A DNA stretch of 56,953 nt, taken from the NCBI GenBank assembly GCA_017550115.1, contig JAFYLR010000005.1, positions 1 through 56,953 on the forward strand, read 5' to 3'. The notes beneath the pieces were generated by a model. That model was given only the letters and a program-made list of their open reading frames with translations. It searched no databases and was not told the origin of the DNA. This document shows, in pieces, positions 52,145 to 56,953 of the stretch. Source of the stretch: Clostridia bacterium. GTDB taxonomy: Bacteria > Bacillota > Clostridia > Oscillospirales > CAG-272. Each line of letters opens with the position of its first letter. Position 1 is the first letter of the stretch. The translations under genes were made by a program, and so were the position numbers.

Positions 52145-52939
52145 CTAAAACAACCTCGAAGGAATATCTCTGTCTGCTACCGCTATATGTATATTATCAT
52201 TACCAACAGCCATAACAGTCTCCGTTAATGCAAGAGATGGCTCGTTGTTTACCTCACTCAAATGTGCCAAAAGTATATTTTGTGTCCCCTCGACGCAAAG
52301 CTCTGCCGCAAAAGCGGCACAATCAACATTTGAGAGATGCCCTCTTCTCGACATTATACGCATTTTAAGAACCTCGGGATAAGGACCGCACATAAGCATA
52401 TCAATATCGTGATTAGATTCGAGAATAACGTCTCGACACCCAAAAAGTCCTGCTCTGACACTCTCATCAACATGACCTATATCGGTAGCAAGACCTATCG
52501 CACAACATTCACTTTTTCCGTCATCGTCTATCGCTTCGTATTCTATACGGTATCCGACACTTCCCATACTGTCATGAGGAGTAACAAAGGATTTTACCTT
52601 AACCTCACCCATAGCCACCTCGCATATCGGGGAATGCTCAACTAAGCAACCAAAAAGACCGCCCTCTCCAAGAGTACGTAAGCGAGCAGAAGAACGACCG
52701 CAAACGTGAACGGGTACGTGATGCTTTTTCGTCAAGACCTCAAGTGCTCCTATATGATCGGTATGCTCGTGAGTAATAAAGATCGCCTCAATATTACTTA
52801 TATCCGTACCGATACTCTTGAGAGCGTTGCAAAGAGTACGGGCACTTTTTCCTGCATCAATGAGAAATTCATGTCCGCACAAATTAAAATATACTGAATT
52901 GCCGCTTGACCCCGAATATAAAGTATAAACTGAATTCAT
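52145..52939 (-). CDS. MBL-fold metallo-hydrolase (YycJ/WalJ-like)
   Basis: Start moved to the ATG at 52939. Motif HEHTDH. About 264 aa. Confidence 0.8.
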   Translation of the reverse strand: MNSVYTLYSGSSGNSVYFNLCGHEFLIDAGKSARTLCNALKSIGTDISNIEAIFITHEHTDHIGALEVLTKKHHVPVHVCGRSSARLRTLGEGGLFGCLVEHSPICEVAMGEVKVKSFVTPHDSMGSVGYRIEYEAIDDDGKSECCAIGLATDIGHVDESVRAGLFGCRDVILESNHDIDMLMCGPYPEVLKMRIMSRRGHLSNVDCAAFAAELCVEGTQNILLAHLSEVNNEPSLALTETVMAVGNDNIHIAVADRDIPSRLF

Positions 52940-53086
52940 TTTATCTATTTCCTTGAAATCACTTAAATATAAAACAAACAGAAAAAACGGTAATTGTGTT
53001 GATGGGCGAAACAAACATCGGTCTAAAATTAAACCGTTTTTTCGCCCGTCTTCACTATTTTATTTGAAAAAGATATTTCAACTTTT

Positions 53087-54376
53087 TTATATAACCTTTA
53101 CAGCTCCAAAAGGACGAATTCTAAGAATCAAACAAGCGCCCTCTCCAAATGCTGCATCCATATAAACCTTAAAGCCTTCGGCGTGCTCTGCCGGAACAAA
53201 AGCCTGAATAGTACCTGCAAATCCGCCGCCATGCACACGGAACGCCGCTTTTTTACCACTCAAATATTTTTCAGCTAAGCAAAGAGCAAGAGAAAGTCCC
53301 TGCTCACTCAAATTCTTCGTTGTATATACGTTCTGCAAATAACAGAAGCTTGAGCGACCCGAGGCAATAACATATTCAAAGAATTTGTCTATATCACCTG
53401 CACAAAGTGCCGCCTTTTGCTTATCAACTCTCTTATTTTCCTCAAAGAAGTGGAGCGCACGCATGATCGCTCTGTCTCCAAGCTCTTGGCGCATTTGCGG
53501 AATAGCCGCAATAACCTCTTCTTCTTCTACTTCTCTTAAATATTTTTTGCCGAATTTTGCCGCCACCGACTTCATCTCGCTCGGAACAGATGCATAATCA
53601 TCGCTAAGGTCGGCATGATTGCCTCCCGTGTTAACTATGCAAAGGTTATAGCCCGCTCTCGAAAGATCAAAATCCATCTTCTCGATCAACGGCTCGCCCT
53701 CTTTTGCAAAATCTATGCTTACAATACCGCCGGCAGCACATGCAACCTGGTCCATAAGTCCGCAGGGTTTACCGAAAAACTCATTCTCAGCGTACTGTGC
53801 AAGAATCGCGATCTCTGTGTTATCAACCTTTCCGTCATTATAAATATGATTTAGAATATTACCTATCATATCCTCAAATGCAGCGGAAGAAGATATACCC
53901 GAGCCTTTTAGCACGTTTGAAGTTGTGTAAGCATCAAAACCACCTATTTTATGACCGTTTTTCAAGAATCCGGCACACATTCCCGCGATTATCGACTCCG
54001 ATGTGTTATATTTTTCTGTCAAAGGCTTATTGTAAATTGAAAAATCAACAACGTCCTCTGCAAATCCTTCACTCTTTACCCGAATAACGCTATCCTCTCT
54101 GGGAGACGCTATTGCAATAATATCGAGATTAAGTGAACCTGCGATGACTCTGCCGTGATTATGGTCGGTATGGTTGCCCGATATTTCAGTTCTTCCGGCA
54201 ACGGAATACGCAGCAACCTCTCTGTCTGCTCCATATAGCTTTTCAAACTCACCGATAGCTTTTATGTATCGTGACTTCTGCTCTGACAGGGCATTTTCTC
54301 CGTAAAGAACTCTCAGCATTTCATCAGCACAACCACTCTCGATCGAATTTATAAGTTCTCTTGTATTCATTTTCAT
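53087..54376 (-). CDS. galactokinase-family GHMP sugar kinase
   Basis: Motifs GRTEISGNHTDHNHG, GSGISSSAA and PCGLMDQ. 429 aa. Confidence 0.8.
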   Translation of the reverse strand: MKMNTRELINSIESGCADEMLRVLYGENALSEQKSRYIKAIGEFEKLYGADREVAAYSVAGRTEISGNHTDHNHGRVIAGSLNLDIIAIASPREDSVIRVKSEGFAEDVVDFSIYNKPLTEKYNTSESIIAGMCAGFLKNGHKIGGFDAYTTSNVLKGSGISSSAAFEDMIGNILNHIYNDGKVDNTEIAILAQYAENEFFGKPCGLMDQVACAAGGIVSIDFAKEGEPLIEKMDFDLSRAGYNLCIVNTGGNHADLSDDYASVPSEMKSVAAKFGKKYLREVEEEEVIAAIPQMRQELGDRAIMRALHFFEENKRVDKQKAALCAGDIDKFFEYVIASGRSSFCYLQNVYTTKNLSEQGLSLALCLAEKYLSGKKAAFRVHGGGFAGTIQAFVPAEHAEGFKVYMDAAFGEGACLILRIRPFGAVKVI

Positions 54377-54543
54377 ACTTTCCTTTCGTCAGAAAAACAT
54401 TTTTTCATTGTATTGTAACACATTTCTTTCAATAAGACAACTGTTTTAGATAACAAAAATGTTAATTTTATTTGTAACCCCCTGCAAAAAATAAGAATAT
54501 ACTGCTACAAAAGCGGTCTTTCCCGCTCATTTGGAGGTTACAT

Positions 54544-54624
54544 ATGAAAATTTACGTTTTCCGCCCACCCTCATTTCTTGCCTCTATTCTAAAAAAATTC
54601 ACTCGTAAAAACAGCTCAAAATAA
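54544..54624 (+). CDS. possible 26-aa small ORF (MKIYVFRPPSFLASILKKFTRKNSSK)
   Basis: GGAGG at 54533-54537, 6 nt before the ATG. Stop at 54622-54624 and a terminator hairpin 13 nt downstream. No homology known to me. Confidence 0.3.
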   Translation: MKIYVFRPPSFLASILKKFTRKNSSK

Positions 54625-54636
54625 ATTGTTTTCAAA

Positions 54637-54672
54637 TAAAAAACTGAGGAGCTTTTAACTCCTCAGTTTTTT
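54637..54672. terminator. bidirectional terminator
   Basis: AAAAAACTGAGGAG-cttttaa-CTCCTCAGTTTTTT. Confidence 0.8.
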
Positions 54673-55294
54673 AATCTTTTGATTCTATAACGAGCATTGC
54701 ACCTTTACGCACGGAAACGAGAGCAACGTTCCCTTCTATTTCGTTACTGACAGCAAACTGATTATTTCTCATAAGCTTCGCGTTTTTGAGAGGATATTTA
54801 CACCCTTCAACCGAAACCCCGCGACAGACCTTGTCAAGACAAACAAGAGAAAGATATTTATAATCACTCTTTGCAACAAGAAGACTATCATTTTCAAGAT
54901 AACGAACTCTGTTATATCCGTTTGTAATATAACAATGAATTCCTCTCGCCTTCATATCGGCAAGTATTCCGAGAGACGAGAGTGTATGGTCAAGCCGAGT
55001 TCCAAGAGAGCCTATTATAATGATATCGTCAGTCCCTCGCTCTATTGCGATCTCAAGCGCCGCCTGAGTATCAGTCAGATCCTTTTCGCAATTAAGACGA
55101 ATAAGCTCTATTCCATCAGGCACGCTTGCACTTCCAAGCGAATCGAGGTCGCCAACAAGTATATCGACTCTCGCCCCCAAAGCTCTCGCATTCAGATATC
55201 CGCTATCCGCCGCGATCGTAATATCGTCTTTCGTAGGGTTCTCCGTAATATTTTCGGTAAATACTTCACCGCCACTGTATATAAATGCTTTCAT
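54671..55294 (-). CDS. thiN: thiamine diphosphokinase
   Basis: Motifs AADSG and GDLDS. C-terminal TPK B1-binding-like domain. 207 aa. Confidence 0.85.
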   Translation of the reverse strand: MKAFIYSGGEVFTENITENPTKDDITIAADSGYLNARALGARVDILVGDLDSLGSASVPDGIELIRLNCEKDLTDTQAALEIAIERGTDDIIIIGSLGTRLDHTLSSLGILADMKARGIHCYITNGYNRVRYLENDSLLVAKSDYKYLSLVCLDKVCRGVSVEGCKYPLKNAKLMRNNQFAVSNEIEGNVALVSVRKGAMLVIESKD

Positions 55295-55306
55295 ATTGAT
55301 TTAAGG

Positions 55307-56293
55307 TCAGTTTTTATCCCAAGCCTTTTTCTCCTTAAGTACATTATACATAGATATGAAGCTGTTATGCCGTGACTTTGCGATTTTTCCCTCTCTCACA
55401 GCCGAGAGAATAGCACAGCCTTCTTCCTTCGTATGTGTGCATTTGGTATATTTACAAAGTCCTATATAATCGTCAAACTCACGCATAGTAAGCGGAAGAT
55501 CATCTTTTGTAAAAAAATCAAATCTCTCAAAATCAAGCATACTGAAACCCGGTGTGTCGGCAATACAACCTTGCTCAAAATCCTTATCTATCGGAAAAAG
55601 CTCAACGTGACGCGTCGTATGCCTTCCCCTCTCTATTTTTCGACTTATGTTTGAGGTGTCAAGCTTAAGCGAGGGAAACAGAGTATTCATCAAGGTTGAT
55701 TTTCCAACACCGGAAGCACCCGCAAATGCCGCAGTCTTACCCTTAAGCTCCCTATATACAAAATCTTTGATGTCATCAACGCCCTCTCCCGTAACACAGC
55801 TTAAGACAAACACTTTATATCCCGCAAGAGTATATACTTCGGCGAGCTGTCTTGCTTTTTCCATGTCAAGCTCACATTTTTCTATAACTACAACTGCTTC
55901 AATACCGCTATGCTCTAAAATTGAGAGCATTTTATCAATAGTTTCCTCAACAGGAGCGGGAGAAGCCGCCGCCATAGAAACGAACATCATATCTATATTG
56001 GCAACAGGAGGTCTTATCAGAGAATTGCGACGAGGAAGCACCTCAGCTATCATTATGTCTCTGCCACCCTCCTTTGGAGTGGTGTTCTCACCGTCCGAAA
56101 CATAAGAACCATCGGTATAAATAACCTCTACTTCGTCCCCTACGATCGGAGTTATACGGTTATGTCTGAAAACCCCTCGTGCTCTGCATTCGACGAGCTT
56201 TTCCGAGAGCGGATCTCCGCCTTTCTTGGCAAGACGGACGATATAAAGACCGCCTACCCCTTTAACTATCTTCCCTTTTGTACGGTATTCCAT
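55307..56293 (-). CDS. rsgA: ribosome small-subunit-dependent GTPase A
   Basis: OB-fold N-terminus. Circularly permuted GTPase (GASGVGKSTL). C-terminal zinc motif CKYTKCTHTKEEGC. Confidence 0.9.
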   Translation of the reverse strand: MEYRTKGKIVKGVGGLYIVRLAKKGGDPLSEKLVECRARGVFRHNRITPIVGDEVEVIYTDGSYVSDGENTTPKEGGRDIMIAEVLPRRNSLIRPPVANIDMMFVSMAAASPAPVEETIDKMLSILEHSGIEAVVVIEKCELDMEKARQLAEVYTLAGYKVFVLSCVTGEGVDDIKDFVYRELKGKTAAFAGASGVGKSTLMNTLFPSLKLDTSNISRKIERGRHTTRHVELFPIDKDFEQGCIADTPGFSMLDFERFDFFTKDDLPLTMREFDDYIGLCKYTKCTHTKEEGCAILSAVREGKIAKSRHNSFISMYNVLKEKKAWDKN

Positions 56294-56299
56294 ATTACC

Positions 56300-56953
56300 T
56301 CAATTTTCATCTGTTTCATAGTCTGTTAAGCAAACAAAACGTGAAGAAAGCTCTATCGAACCATTCTTTTCCGTCAATTCTATCATTCTTCCGCCTCGAA
56401 GAGCATTATTCGTTTCAAAGGTACCGCCAAATCCGTATCCGTCATAACCGATACTCGCACAGTACCCAAGCTCGATCCCGCAATATTTTCCCGAGAACGA
56501 ATTAAGATGATCGTGCCCGACGTAAAGTCCAAGAACGTTTCTAGCCTCAAGTAAGGCGGCAAACAATCCTGAATTTACGGGAGAAGACGAGATGTTTTCT
56601 CCCTTCTCGCCCGAAAATCCCGTAAGATAAGGATTCTCATAGATTACAGAAAACTCATGTATAGGTGTGTGCGTTATCATAACAGTCGGCAAATAACCAC
56701 CGCTTTCTCTGTCAAGGATCTTTGCGTTTTCACTGAACCAAGCGATCTGACTTGTTGTAACGTATCCGTAATCCGTACCATTTTCACTATAATCAGCGAT
56801 GATCCCGTCACCTGCCGCACCCGTATTCGTTTTTGATATCATAGGAACCTGTCCCATTGCCCAAACACCAAATATCGGAGACGAGCTTGAGTTCCCTTCT
56901 CCCGCAGAATAAATAGGCAAGAAATAACTCACCGTACCGTCTTTTAGATAATC
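56300..56953 (-). CDS. metallophosphoesterase (calcineurin-like), C-terminal part; the N-terminus lies outside the window
   Basis: GHDHLN motif. The reading frame stays open upstream of the track's GTG at 56932 all the way to the window end (DYLKDGTVSYFLP...). Confidence 0.7.
   Translation of the reverse strand, partial: DYLKDGTVSYFLPIYSAGEGNSSSSPIFGVWAMGQVPMISKTNTGAAGDGIIADYSENGTDYGYVTTSQIAWFSENAKILDRESGGYLPTVMITHTPIHEFSVIYENPYLTGFSGEKGENISSSPVNSGLFAALLEARNVLGLYVGHDHLNSFSGKYCGIELGYCASIGYDGYGFGGTFETNNALRGGRMIELTEKNGSIELSSRFVCLTDYETDEN

Noticed and set aside
53087-54376. The orphan GalK-like kinase as a pointer to a novel pathway
   Set aside because: The motifs (GNHTDH, GSGISSSAA, CGLMDQ) are those of a complete GHMP sugar-1-kinase. 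The lack of adjacent galT/galE is common and is not evidence of anything unusual by itself.

Overview
This is a chromosomal segment from a Firmicutes/Clostridia-type genome, judged from Gram-positive Shine-Dalgarno sites, TTGACA-N17-TGnTATAAT promoters, T-box, ZTP and cobalamin leaders, sortase/LCP/SLH envelope genes, and a split purO/purH. It is densely coding, mostly housekeeping and metabolism.

Layout, left to right:
- (1) A partial MBOAT gene, a YqeG-type phosphatase, an endonuclease-IV-like TIM-barrel protein and an M24 peptidase.
- (2) An 11-gene minus-strand operon of about 14 kb: purE-purC-purF-purM-FNT channel-purN-purO-purH-purD-purL-fhs. A ZTP (pfl) riboswitch sits in front of it.
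- (3) A small membrane protein and a DUF3737 gene.
- (4) An LCP / class B sortase / putative sorted surface protein operon.
- (5) A T-box-controlled cysE-cysS, followed by gtrA and a small Cys-rich ORF.
- (6) A Gfo/Idh/MocA oxidoreductase plus TIM-barrel isomerase pair.
- (7) A P-type cation ATPase.
- (8) An ABC-2 / GldG-like / DUF4340 four-gene cluster.
- (9) A sugar-acid cluster, kdgK-eda-lactonase-RraA-like-SDR-uxuA-like, with a divergent AraC regulator.
- (10) secG, an MFS transporter and tRNA-Ser(UGA).
- (11) A fused double-DUF1538 membrane protein followed by two P-II-like proteins.
- (12) A cobalamin riboswitch in front of a DUF4430 lipoprotein and a putative S-component.
- (13) An SLH protein with seven DTESSAP repeats.
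- (14) An ECF sigma/anti-sigma pair, dusB, rlmH, an MBL hydrolase, a GalK-like kinase, thiN, rsgA and a partial metallophosphoesterase.

I saw no rRNA, CRISPR array, transposase, integrase, phage genes or recognisable defence system.

The most system-like and least characterised items are:
- the DUF1538 + 2x P-II-like module;
- the operon-encoded PurF homologue that lacks the N-terminal catalytic cysteine;
- the formate/nitrite-transporter homologue translationally coupled inside the ZTP-controlled pur operon;
- the LCP-sortase B-substrate operon;
- the uxuA/SDR/RraA-like/lactonase/eda/kdgK cluster.

All family assignments come from motifs read by eye. No database search or covariance model was run.
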